A stretch of DNA of 64,000 bases from positions 358,492 to 422,491 of the forward strand of contig NW_013657668.1 in assembly GCF_000142905.1 (NCBI RefSeq), given 5' to 3'. Made by a program: the position numbers and the translations under genes. This DNA is from Thecamonas trahens ATCC 50062. Taxonomy: Eukaryota > Protista > Apusomonadida. The notes beneath the pieces are model-generated. The model saw only the letters and a program-made list of their open reading frames with translations, was not told where the DNA came from and did not search any database. Positions 46,167 through 56,707 of the stretch are shown here, piece by piece; the first letter of the stretch is position 1, and the number at the start of each line of letters is the position of its first letter.

Positions 46167-47522
46167 TTAAGTGAGGACGCTCGGTGGGGGTGGTGGCGGC
46201 GGAACGAGCGACGGAGTCCACGGTTCGGAGAGCTTCCAGTCAGCGTCCATGACCGAGGCGTACCAGGCGACAAGGCCCGGATGGGTGAAGCGGAGGGTGA
46301 GGCCGCGATCAGCACCATGGACGCCCGGTGGAAAGACGGTAAAGGTAGGGTACTCGGACTCGGCCCAGTTGTTGGTCGAGACCGAGACCGACGACCCGTC
46401 GACGATCCAGTACTTTTGGTGGTGGATGCCGAGGCAGTCGTGGGTGACGTGGACCTCGATGCCAGCGGACGTGAGATTGCGATACGCGGCCGGATAGCTG
46501 GCGAACGGACCCGGGACGACGTAGCCAGAGACGAGGGCGCGAATGCGGAGCTTCGGCCGCGACTGCTTGAGGGCGATGAGCTCGGTGACAATCGCACGCG
46601 AGGCGATGACGTAGATGTAGACGTCGATCGATGTGGTTGCCGTCTGCAAGTGTGGAATGAGCGAGAGCTCCACGCCGTCGTCGGGCATGGTGTACACAGT
46701 GACGTCCATCTCGGCCGAGAAGGTTGGCGGCGGGTCCGGCACGTTGTACGAGCACGTCGAGTTGGTAAACGTGACTGGCGGCATCGGGATGGGGCTCTTG
46801 TCCTTCATCAGCTTGAGAACACTCGCCGGCCACGTGGCATCGACCGGGTACGCAATGGCGAGCTCCCAGTCGCCATCAAAGACTGCCGTGGTGAAGTCGG
46901 CCACAGGCGAGCCCGGGTCGAGGCCGTCGTAGACCACACCAGCCTCGCGGTTGTAGAGAAATCCCTCCAGATCAAAGTTGGCCGACATGATGGCTACTTT
47001 GCGGTTGTCGACGTTGACATACTTGGAGTGGATAAAGTCGGTGGTAGCGTACGCTCTGACCGAGGCACCGGCAAGGGCAAGGTAGGAGAAGACGTCGATG
47101 GCGCCGGGCGGATTGACATTCGTCGAGCAGTAGCCAACCAAGAGTCGAACGCGGACACCCGAGTGGATGGCGTTGACAAGAGCCACAAAGAGCGGCGACG
47201 ACGCGTTGTAACGGAGCTGCGCCGGACTGCATCCTCCGCCGCCACGGACACCGCAAGCCTGAAACGGAGCCCAGGATGCGACAGCGATGTCGATCGATGA
47301 CTCGGCCGAGAGCACAAGCTCAGTAACCTCCCGCTCGAGCTGACCAGGCGAGAAAAAGGGAGTGACTCGCGCGTCATGGCCAGTCACTGTCTCCATCTTA
47401 AAGTGCGAGGTGTACGTCTCCGTCTGGTGGTTGAAGCACGAAGGGCCGCCAGCTGCAAGTGCCACACATGCTGCCACCACCACGGCCGCCACTAGAGCAA
47501 CAACAGAGCGAACAGTAGCCAT
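46167..47522 (-). CDS. Phospholipase D superfamily (PLD3-like), secreted or lysosomal
   Basis: Signal peptide and two HKD motifs, HSKYVNVD...SANF...NRE and HQKYWIVD...TNNW...DRG. Confidence 0.9.
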   Translation of the reverse strand: MATVRSVVALVAAVVVAACVALAAGGPSCFNHQTETYTSHFKMETVTGHDARVTPFFSPGQLEREVTELVLSAESSIDIAVASWAPFQACGVRGGGGCSPAQLRYNASSPLFVALVNAIHSGVRVRLLVGYCSTNVNPPGAIDVFSYLALAGASVRAYATTDFIHSKYVNVDNRKVAIMSANFDLEGFLYNREAGVVYDGLDPGSPVADFTTAVFDGDWELAIAYPVDATWPASVLKLMKDKSPIPMPPVTFTNSTCSYNVPDPPPTFSAEMDVTVYTMPDDGVELSLIPHLQTATTSIDVYIYVIASRAIVTELIALKQSRPKLRIRALVSGYVVPGPFASYPAAYRNLTSAGIEVHVTHDCLGIHHQKYWIVDGSSVSVSTNNWAESEYPTFTVFPPGVHGADRGLTLRFTHPGLVAWYASVMDADWKLSEPWTPSLVPPPPPPPSVLT

Positions 47523-48310
47523 GTTGAGGGGAAGTTGGGGTGAAGGAGGGGAGCGGGGCGGGGGAGATTGGTATATGTGTGTGTGTGTGGGGTGAGTCAA
47601 GCGTATGCGTACTTACTTGTTCTTGGCGAGTGCGGTCAGTTGGCTGGTGAGCCCATGGTGTGGCTGGCTGGACAGCTGGCTGTGATCAATTGAAAATGGT
47701 GTGTTGTTGGGGAGAAAATACGGTTGTTGTGTGGTCCTCCGCATCATCGCACGCAATGCGCAACCGGCAATACCGAGGCTCTTGATGCGCTAATGTGTGC
47801 CAGGCAGATTAGTGCCCAACACTCATGCCCAACACCCGGCTCACTCAGCCTTCCACTTTCCCCACATTCACCCCAAGTGATGTCCGTTGCTGCAGTGATC
47901 GCTCCACTGCCCCGTCTTGGCAAGCCAGGACAATGCCGTAAGTTGGTGAGTCCCACTCATACCGCGCCTTTTGTCGCACACTTGACCACAAAGACAGTAG
48001 GTATGGGACCTTGATCTGTTCTCCCCATCTGTTCCCTCCCCCGTCCCCCCCGCCCCCCCCCCCCCCCCCACCATGTATCCCCCCTCCCTCCTTCCTCCAG
48101 TTGCCTCTTTTGCCTTTCTGAGCTACTGCACTGTTCCCCCCTCCCCCTCCCCCTCCCCCTTCCCCCTCCCCCACCAACCCACGCGCCTTTTGCTTCTGCC
48201 GCTTTTTCGACTCCACAGCCGCTTTTTTTGGCAACGGGACACCTTCCAAATACTTCCGCTCTTATCTATCTCACCTCTTTCCTCCACCACCATAGAAGCG
48301 TGGGAACACC

Positions 48311-50176
48311 ATGTTTCAATCGTCTTCAGGGACGAGCTCTGGCTCGTCGAGCTACATGAGTCAGTCGTACACTGAGCCCGAGGCCGCTTTGGCCAACAAC
48401 CCCCAGCCGGACGGTCTTGTTATCGACCGCAAGACGCTTACCCCCGAGTTGCGTGAGATCCTCGACCAGGTCGATCGCGATGGTGACGGTGACGTTGACG
48501 TGAACGAGCTGCTCATGGCCTTTCAGGAGCTGCACCACACCAAGAAGTCGAACAAGCGGCTTGTGAAGATCCTCATTGTCGGCGCTGTGCTGTTCACCCT
48601 CACGCTCGGCGTCATTTTTGCGCTCTCGGTGGCTGCCGCCGAGCTGGCCAAGGACACCAACATCCAGTCGACGTCGAACTCGCCGGCGGTGATGCGGACC
48701 AAGTCTGGCGGTGACGAGTACTCGTCGACGGTGCGGACGGCGACGGTGACGCCTGGCGTCAGCGTGGGTGCGACCTCGACTCCGGACTCCTCGGCTTCCG
48801 CCCGTGCGATGCGCGCACGGATGCGGGCTGCCCAGGGCCGTGCCAACGAGGTCGACCCGACCAACCTCAACGACATTTGCGTTGCTTACGAGTCGAGCAC
48901 TTCCGACTCGATCAACTTTGATGACGGCGTGGTCTTCAAGCACTCTGCTGCCATCGATGCCATTCAGGCCAACCCGACGTCGTCGTTCGCGCTCTCGCTG
49001 CCTGTCGGCAAGGAGACAGTCGTCATGCGGTTCAACCCCATTGGGATCAAGAAGCTCACCACCGACGAGGTTGAGGAGATCCCAGACGGCACTGTCATCT
49101 CGGCCATCGAGATGAGCCTGGTGGCGGACAAGGATGCTGTTGCTCGCGTCTGCTGTGACCACGCCAACTGCGCCTACGTTGTCGGCCAGCCCAAGACTCC
49201 ACTTGTTGTCGAGCCTGAGGCTGTCAACGGGACCGAGCTGGACGCGCCGAGCGACGAGGACCTCGAGGAGACCGCCGCGCGCGGCTGGGTGTCGGAGCGT
49301 GGCATTTACCACTTCCACGACACGCAGATCCACGAGGAATCCGGTCTTGCCACCGACGCTGACTATCAGACCCGCGCCACTGTGTCGAGCCGCGTGCGTA
49401 CGCTCATGCAGCGCTACCGCTGTGGCCGCTACCCGTGCTTCACGCGCGACCTCATGATCGAGAACCGTGTTGTCAACAGTATCTCTAGGACCAGGCGGCG
49501 TGATTGGGGCCGTGCCTTTGTCGGCAACTACCGCCATCCGTCGCACCACTGGGACCGTTTCAACGTTATTTGCCCTTACCAGGGGGCGACCGACATCTTT
49601 GGCCGCTCTGTCGGCAAGGTCAACGAAGGTCTGCACGACGTCATCGTCAACCGGATTGTGGCTGTTCGCATTGCTCCCCTTGTGCGCCGGTATGGTGCGA
49701 GCAACTCCCGGACCATCCGGTATCGCTCTTACCTTGTCCGTTACTTCTCGCGTCTGCGCTCGCTCATCCAGCGTGCCCTGAGCCGTCCGACCACCACCTG
49801 CTACCGCCGCGGCTTCAAGCCGGTTCCCGCCTTCTCCGTCACTACCATGCCGCTCGCTTTCTATCCGGGTAGCAGCAACCGCCGCTGGGTGGCTTACAAC
49901 CCAGTCATCTACAATGATGACACGCTCGTCACCATGTGCCGCTGCCAGTTCATCCGTCCGGCCCCGCCTCCGCCGCCACCGCCGCCGTCGCCGATCTCAC
50001 CGCCGCCGCCGTCGCCGATCTCGCCGCCGCCGCCGCCGCCGCCGACTACTCCCCCGCCGCCGCCGGTTGCCCAGGCCGCAAAGGACAAGCTCATTCCCAC
50101 GTCGAAGGATAAGGCCAAGGCGAACGAGAAGAAGATCCGCGATAGCGATTGCTGCTGCAACAAGAATGAGGACTAG
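48311..50176 (+). CDS. Hypothetical type II membrane protein with a cytosolic EF-hand and a Cys/Arg/Pro-rich ectodomain
   Basis: EF-hand DRDGDGDVDVNE, TM ILIVGAVLFTLTLGVIFALSVAA, and strong codon bias. Confidence 0.75.
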   Translation: MFQSSSGTSSGSSSYMSQSYTEPEAALANNPQPDGLVIDRKTLTPELREILDQVDRDGDGDVDVNELLMAFQELHHTKKSNKRLVKILIVGAVLFTLTLGVIFALSVAAAELAKDTNIQSTSNSPAVMRTKSGGDEYSSTVRTATVTPGVSVGATSTPDSSASARAMRARMRAAQGRANEVDPTNLNDICVAYESSTSDSINFDDGVVFKHSAAIDAIQANPTSSFALSLPVGKETVVMRFNPIGIKKLTTDEVEEIPDGTVISAIEMSLVADKDAVARVCCDHANCAYVVGQPKTPLVVEPEAVNGTELDAPSDEDLEETAARGWVSERGIYHFHDTQIHEESGLATDADYQTRATVSSRVRTLMQRYRCGRYPCFTRDLMIENRVVNSISRTRRRDWGRAFVGNYRHPSHHWDRFNVICPYQGATDIFGRSVGKVNEGLHDVIVNRIVAVRIAPLVRRYGASNSRTIRYRSYLVRYFSRLRSLIQRALSRPTTTCYRRGFKPVPAFSVTTMPLAFYPGSSNRRWVAYNPVIYNDDTLVTMCRCQFIRPAPPPPPPPPSPISPPPPSPISPPPPPPPTTPPPPPVAQAAKDKLIPTSKDKAKANEKKIRDSDCCCNKNED

Positions 50177-50344
50177 CGAGCGCACGCTGATTACCTACTG
50201 TACATAGATAGACACTTCCACATCAAACGCCTTTCATTTTCCCAACCCCTCCCTCTTCCCCCTGCGTCCCGGCCCCCCCCCCCTCCACAGCCACACACGC
50301 CACGCCCGCCACGGCTCCCTCTCCTCCCTTCTACCCATTCTGAT

Positions 50345-50605
50345 ATGACCCTCCTGTCCAAAGTGTGGACAAACTGCACTTTCTGCAACATTATGCGTCT
50401 CTCCCTTCTGCCCTTTGTCGGCTACGCCGGATACACCTTTGTCTCGGGCTACTCAGCCCAGACCGCCAGCCCCACACCACCAGGACAGGCATCGCCCGCC
50501 GAGTCCTCGCCCTCGCCCTCTGGGGCATTGTACAAAGACATTTCACCTGCAGGAGGCTCTGCCTCGTCCCATTCGCCGTCGTCGATGGCTACATCCACAG
50601 ACTGA
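50345..50605 (+). CDS. Small hypothetical membrane protein (CxxC plus hydrophobic helix)
   Basis: 86-aa ORF, NCTFC..LLPFVGYAGY. Weak resemblance to DMAC1/DUF4536-type proteins. Confidence 0.35.
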   Translation: MTLLSKVWTNCTFCNIMRLSLLPFVGYAGYTFVSGYSAQTASPTPPGQASPAESSPSPSGALYKDISPAGGSASSHSPSSMATSTD

Positions 50606-50737
50606 TGTGGCTGCTACCGTCTGCCGCGTCATCGTGTCGGCCTCGGCGCGGGAGACGATCGGCTGCACACGCTTGCGCGAGCTCGCGTCTCTCCCTCAAT
50701 CGCACTTGCTACCACGCAGTAGCCTGGCCTGACTCGT

Positions 50738-52452
50738 TTACTCACCACTTGGAGCTCCGGTCTCCAGCACAGACTGGCGGCACTTGGGACAGGCGGAATT
50801 GACGTGGAGCCACTTTTGGAGGCATCCGCTGTGGAAGACGTGCCCGCATCGGGTGATCTTGGCGCTGCCCGGCTCCATGTCGTCCCAGCAGAAAGCGCAC
50901 ACGTCGTCGTAGGCTTCGATCTGGGCCGGGGTGGCGTCGGCGACCTGGGCGTCAAACTGGAGCACAGCCTCACGCCGCCGCTTGTACGCTTCCCAGTTGG
51001 CGAGGGTAAATTTGTAGGCATCATACGCGTACATGGCAATGAAGATCTTGTCTGCCGACACCTCGCGGCCCGACTGTCGGATGTTGCCGAGCAAGACGAG
51101 CGCCTTGATGCCAATCTCCATGCAATTGGCCGAGAGCTCGGTGTAGAAGACATACGCCTCGATCCGCGCTGCAGACGCGAGGTGGTGGATAACGTACAGC
51201 ATAAACGACTTCAGCAGCCGAATTAGCCCGCGCACCACCATGTTGAGCAGGTACAGCGCAAGGTACGTCATGGTATCGCCCGACATGGTCGCGTACAGTC
51301 GTGCAAAGGCGACCACAAGCCAGACCTCCAGCACCACAACACATCCAAACAGCGCTAGCACACGCACGTGCTGCCCCCGCGTCTCCCCCGACGACGCCAT
51401 CACCATAAGGCTCGCCGATGACACCTCGGCCACCATGCACACCATGTGCAATCCGTACACAAACAGCAGGATCGGCACGTGGCTCAGTGCACTCAAAAGT
51501 GGCAGCCCGTACGGCTTGAGCATCACAACCGTCCAGCATAGCGCATTTCCAATGTACCCGGCTCGGTGTCGCGGGTTGAGGAACGGAAACTCGACGCCTT
51601 CGGACGCCACAGCCCGCACTGTGCTCGGCACAAACATGACCTCCACCACCCGGATGGCCAGCCCGCCCCACACAGCAAGTGCACATAGCAACGCATGGTA
51701 CCGCAGGCCGGTCGAGAGGCCCGCTACATGCAGCGTGTCCAGCACCATGTCTATCACACTCCCATCCGTGTTGCGCGCACGATGCAACGCGTCGCTGGCC
51801 ATCACCGCCGTCGAGTACAGAAACCCAATGTCGCGGACATGGAACGTTGCCAGCAGCCGCCGTACAGTATGGCCCACCACGGCAAACAACGCTCCTACAA
51901 TATGCATCACATGCCCACCTCTCGCTTCCACCTGAGCATACACGCCAAAAACAAAGTCCAGAACCCGCAGCCGCCAGAAGATCCATCCCCACAACAGGCA
52001 GCCGCCGAGCCCGAGCGGAAACGCAGCCTCGGGCATGGTACCCATCACCACAAGCACACCCGCTTTGATCAGCATCAGCAGCGCAGTGAGCTTGATCGAT
52101 GCCAACCCATCATTCGGCCTCGGAGCTAGCCACGCCGTCGCGTATGCCAGCAGTAGTGTAACCCGGAGCGCGAGCCATGGCATCGCCACATGCGGGCTCG
52201 ACTCGAGCGCCTGCATCGCCACCGGAGTCTTGAGCATGAGCCAAACGGAAGCAGCGCCCACACCACTCCTGTCGAGGCCATCACCGCCAGATGATTATCC
52301 GGCGCGTTTGCTGGAGGCAGCAGTGATGCCGAGAACGTCTCCCTCGCCAGAGCCGAGACCTTGAGCAAGAGGGCAAAGCTCATCGCTAGCACCATACTCA
52401 GCCCTGCATACACCTTCATCCCCTGCCCAGTCACCACATCATCTTTGATCAT
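50738..52452 (-). CDS. Multi-TM RING-H2 E3 ubiquitin ligase (Hrd1/gp78/TRC8-like); apparent frameshift at ~52241-52260
   Basis: C-terminal RING-H2 CAFC..CGHVFHSGC..W..CPKC after many TMs. The hydrophobic N-terminus (MKVYAGLSMVLA) lies in the neighbouring frame 52126..52464. Confidence 0.85.
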
Positions 52453-52918
52453 AGTCCTTGTCACACTTGGTCCGTCTATCTCCGCACACCATCACATACA
52501 TCATCAGCACCGGCGTGAGTCGGCCTGCCGGCCCCGGCCAGCCTCCCCACCCTCCTTCCCCTCCCCCCCCCTGCCTCCCCGGCAAACGTACCAATGGTAG
52601 CGAGGACGCCCAGAGTGCCGAGAGCAAACCCAAAAGGACGGACCCATCGCATCTGTCTCTCAACCTTTGCTCTCACAAGACGAGTTGTGTTCAACTTGGT
52701 GAGGTGTGTGAGGTGTCGGTGTCGGCTGGTGACGACTGGTGACGGCTGCGTGTGTGTGTTTGGGGGGGGAGTTCGGCTTGGTTGTGACAATTTGGGGAGA
52801 GATCGCTTCGGTGTGGTGATGTGATGCAAGTTGTGTTCAAATCTGTGAAGAGGGTTGGAGGGCTGGTGGGGAGTGCGATAGAGGATACACGTTGTGTTTG
52901 ATGAGAAGACAAAGAGAG

Positions 52919-54590
52919 TTAAACGTTGACGGCCGGAAGCAGAGCGACGGAAAGGAACTTCTTCCGCGAGTACTTCTTGGCGACGGCCTTGAGCGACGAG
53001 GTCGACGAGTTGGCATGGAGCGAGTTGAGGTGACGGATGATCGGGAGAAGATCGGTCTCGGTGTAGCGGGTGTAGTGCTCCATGGTTGCGTCCCACTCGC
53101 CGGAGCGGTTCATCTTGAGGGCAAGGCACATGGCGGCGGCGGCGATCGACGACGGAAGGAACTCGACAGCCTGGTAGTCGGGGATGGTGAGCTCCATGAG
53201 GTACTTTGCCGTGGTGTGGGTGGTGAGATCCGAGTTGGCGGCCTTGGAGAACCGGCGGAGGAAGTGGAGCGGGTACGGCGGCTGGAGGGTAAAGTTGAGC
53301 GTCGCCAGGATTGTCTGCTCCATGTCAAGGATCTCGCGCCGGGTGTACGCGTTGTCGCACATGTACATAAAGTCACGGATAGGCGGCGGATAGATCTCCT
53401 CGTACTTGGAGGCGATGAGCATCGAGGTGATGCCCACCAGCTGGAGCCGCGACCGCTTGACCTGCACCTTGTTGAGGAACCGATCCATGACGTTGACCGT
53501 AAGGTACATCGTCTCCTGCAGCGCCTTAAACTTGAGGTGCACCTCCACGAGCCAGTCGAGGAGGATCGACCGCATCTTGGGCGTCACGTCCGACTGCACA
53601 GACATAAAGTTCGCAGGCACCATGTACTTGAGCTCCTTGGAGTAGAAGTGGTCCATAATGTCCTCTGCGTACTCGGTGCACGCCTGAGGGTCGTCAAAGT
53701 CGACGTCGATGTTCTCCAGCGGCGCCGGCACGGCGTGCTTGGACATGGGCACAACCGGCGGCTCGATGGCCGGCGCCTCGGCCATCGGCGCGGGCTTCGA
53801 CCGCGACACCTGCATCGGCGCGGGCTTGGCCGCCGCCGACCCAGAGCGCGTCGACCGCGACGTGTACTACTCGGTTGTCCCCATGTCTTTCTTAGTAAGT
53901 ATTCTGCTCACCCTCGGCACTCTCCCGCTTGCCCCTGCCTTTGCACTGGCCGCAGCCGCGCGTCATAGAAATTTCAAATTTGCAACAAATTTGCCATTCG
54001 CGCGCGCCGGCCGCACTGCCTTGTCAACCACTGCCAGTCATGGCCACTGCCACAGCAGGGAATGGGGGGGGGGGGGGAGCAGAGGAAGAGGGACTACCTG
54101 CACAAGCATTGAGCATATGAGGGGGGAGGGGGGATGATGTTGCTTACCTTGGAGTAGCGGTTCACGCCGCCGGCGCGGGTGCCGTTGACGTTGGTCCGAT
54201 CGCCGAGGGCAGCGCGGCCGTAGCGGGTCTTGGACGCTGCGGCGGCGGTGGCGTTGGAGGTGCCATGGGCGCGGGAGGAAGCCGTGCGGCTGCCGGAAAC
54301 AAGCTGTGGCAGAAGAAGACAAAGGTAGGGCGTGAGTTTGTGCGTGTGGGGGAGGTTTTCGAGGTGGCATGCTGTTCCGCGTCCCTATCTGCTGTTGCAG
54401 ATCGAGGGAGTCGCAAGAAAAGGAGCAAAAATTCAAAATTTGAAACAGGCGCGCTCGCTCTGGGCCACCACTAGGACGGGGGTATAGAGCGCATGGGTGG
54501 AGATTGAAGTCATAAGGGCAACGATATGTAGTCGCAAGCATGCGGGGCATGCTGAGGTGCTGTGCTTACCGAGCGGAACCCAATGGCCAT
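52919..54590 (-). CDS. CCNB: G2/M cyclin B; exons 54590..54570, 54303..54148, 53866..52919
   Basis: Two GTAAGC phase-0 introns. D-box RAALGDRTN and cyclin box MRSILLDWLVEVHLKF...SKYEEIYPP. Confidence 0.93.
53971..54004. promoter_or_regulatory. CHR-like plus E2F-like element in cyclin B intron 2
   Basis: ATTTCAAATTT ... TTCGCGCG. Confidence 0.45.
54432..54454. promoter_or_regulatory. Inverted pair of CHR-like (TTTGAA) elements plus GGCGCG in cyclin B intron 1
   Basis: TTCAAAATTTGAAACAGGCGCGC, an AT-rich island in GC-rich DNA. Confidence 0.5.
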
Positions 54591-54813
54591 GATGTCTGTC
54601 TGGTGGGTCAGAGTCGAGAGTTGCCGGTCCAAGTCGGCTCGAGTACACGCCGCCTGCCGGTCTCCCCGTCTGCCACCATCGGCCGAGTCAACCGAACGAC
54701 TCTTTTGCCGAGTTGTTAGGCCGAGACCGGTCGATTGGAATGACTCGGCACAGCGGTGCGGCGAGAGGGAGGAGCGGAGGAGTGGAGGAGTGGAGGAGGG
54801 GCATTGATCATAT

Positions 54814-56249
54814 TTACTCTCTTGGTGGCTCGGTTGACTGGCGAAGGATACGGGAGCGCGAACGTGAGCGTGAGCGGGATCGCGAGCGGGAGATAGAGTT
54901 GGCGATGTAGGCTGAGGAAGAGGCAGAGTGGCGGCTCCGGCGGGTGCGTCCGATCTTCTCGGCTGTTGTTGACCGCGAGCGTCGATCGAGCCGGGCATGA
55001 GAGGGCGAGCGAGACGGGCTTGGCGAGTCGCGCTTGTTGCGGCCGGGCGAGCGGGTGGGCGAGCGTGATGCCGACGCCAGCGCCTGCGAGCGACGCCAGC
55101 GCATTGTCAGAGTCCGACTTGCCGCCCGCTGCGCCACCAGCAGTGTCTGGCAGAGCGCACGCCGCGCGTGGGCCACGATGTGATGGGTGCCGGGCGGCGC
55201 GTTGCGTGGAACCACGTCAGCTCCGAGTGCCTCCAGCGGGTCCCACTCGAGATGGACCACGCCCGGTTCGACCGGCGCCAGCGCGCCAGACATCATGGCT
55301 GCGCTCATCTTGGGCGCAGCAAGTAGATTGCGGCGGAGGACAACCGGAACCGGCTGACTCCGCGGCCGCACATTGCGCTTGTCCAGTCGCCGCCAGCTGT
55401 CTGCCAGCCCGTCTAGCCGTTCCTGCGCTGCCGACAACGCCCTCTCAGTGAGGGTCGGATGCGATCGCGCGCTTTGCCGGTTTCGAAGCCGTCGGGAGTC
55501 AACCAGAACATGGGTTGGCAGCGCAACTTCGCGATAAGCGACCTCGGGCGTGCTGTAGAACCACTGCGCAAGCGTGGTGAGGATGGCCTTGGGCCCATCG
55601 GTCCCACGGAGCCGCGACACTGGGCACCGCATCGGCTTGAGGCCAGTCCGACTCGCTTGCACCGCATCGTCGTCGTGAACGGCTGCGTAGTAGTCCGGCA
55701 TCGACTCCGAGTCTGAGCTCGAGGCATCAGACTCGGACTCGGAATCGAACTCCTCCATCATCGTTGCTTCGACAACCTCCCCTGACCCACCGACCAGCGC
55801 CGTCACTCCCAGCTTCGACTGTGCTCCAACTGGCCGTGCCAGATGATGGACGTACTCCAGCTCAACAAATGGATACCGCCATGGGCGGGTCCGTCGTGAG
55901 ACGGGGCCTTCGTCGTCGCCCCACACCAGCTCATCCGAGTCGGCTGGCATCTTGCTGGAGCTTCCATCGTCGTCATCATCGCTCTCGGACCACGTCTCGC
56001 ACTGGATCCATCCGTGGGCAACACACGCAGAGCGGCATGCGGAACCTCGGGCAGGACCGGACCTGACAGTTCGTCATCAGACAGTTCATCGTAGCAGTAC
56101 CACGACAGCGACTGTGCAGTCAGTCGGCCGTCTCCAGGCACATCGGGTCGCCGTGATCGTCTCCGGACCGAGCCAGCCACAGACCTTCCCTCCCCGCTGG
56201 AGCCACCATGACCAGTCGACCTCAAGCCAGACCTTGCTCTTTCAGCCAT
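54814..56249 (-). CDS. Hypothetical protein (acidic and RS-rich); 5' structure uncertain
   Basis: 378-aa ORF 54814..55950 whose frame extends upstream (IQCETWSESDDDDDG). A plausible N-terminus MAERARS (56249) lies in the adjacent frame. Confidence 0.5.
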
Positions 56250-56339
56250 GAGCTGCCTTCTTGAGTGACAAAGTAGCGAGAGTGTATGTGCGCGTGTGTG
56301 TATGTATGTGTATGTATATGTGGCTAAGAGGGGGGGAAG

Positions 56340-56373
<34 letters not shown>

Positions 56374-56398
56374 GAGGTGCCGGTGCCAGTAGTACGGT

Positions 56399-56499
56399 GT
56401 CGCCCGTCACCCGTCACCCGTCGCCCGTCACCCGTCACCCGTCGCCCGTCGCCCGTCGCCCGTCGCTCGTCGCCCGTCGCCCGTCGCCCGTCGCCCGTC
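56399..56499 (+). repeat. Heptamer tandem repeat (CGTCGCC/CGTCACC)n in a divergent intergenic region
   Basis: About 14 copies, directly visible. Confidence 0.9.
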
Positions 56500-56707
56500 G
56501 GCTGTCCCAAGCCACCTGTGCCCTCCCTGTCGTCGATCGAGCACCCTTACTCTCCAGCCCCCCCCCTCCCCCCCCCCCGTCACCCCCCCTCCTCCTCCCC
56601 CCCCGTCACCCCCCCCGCCCTCCTCACCCCCCCCGCCCTCCTCTCCATCTCTGCTCTCCTTCCCCCCTCGTCCCTCTCCTCCCCCTCGTCCCTTCCCCTC
56701 ATTCGCC

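Noticed and set aside
54255-54270. Apparent frameshift at the cyclin B start (ATG out of frame with the D-box)
   Set aside because: Resolved by a 21-nt upstream exon (54590..54570) with a GTAAGC donor spliced in frame at 54303.
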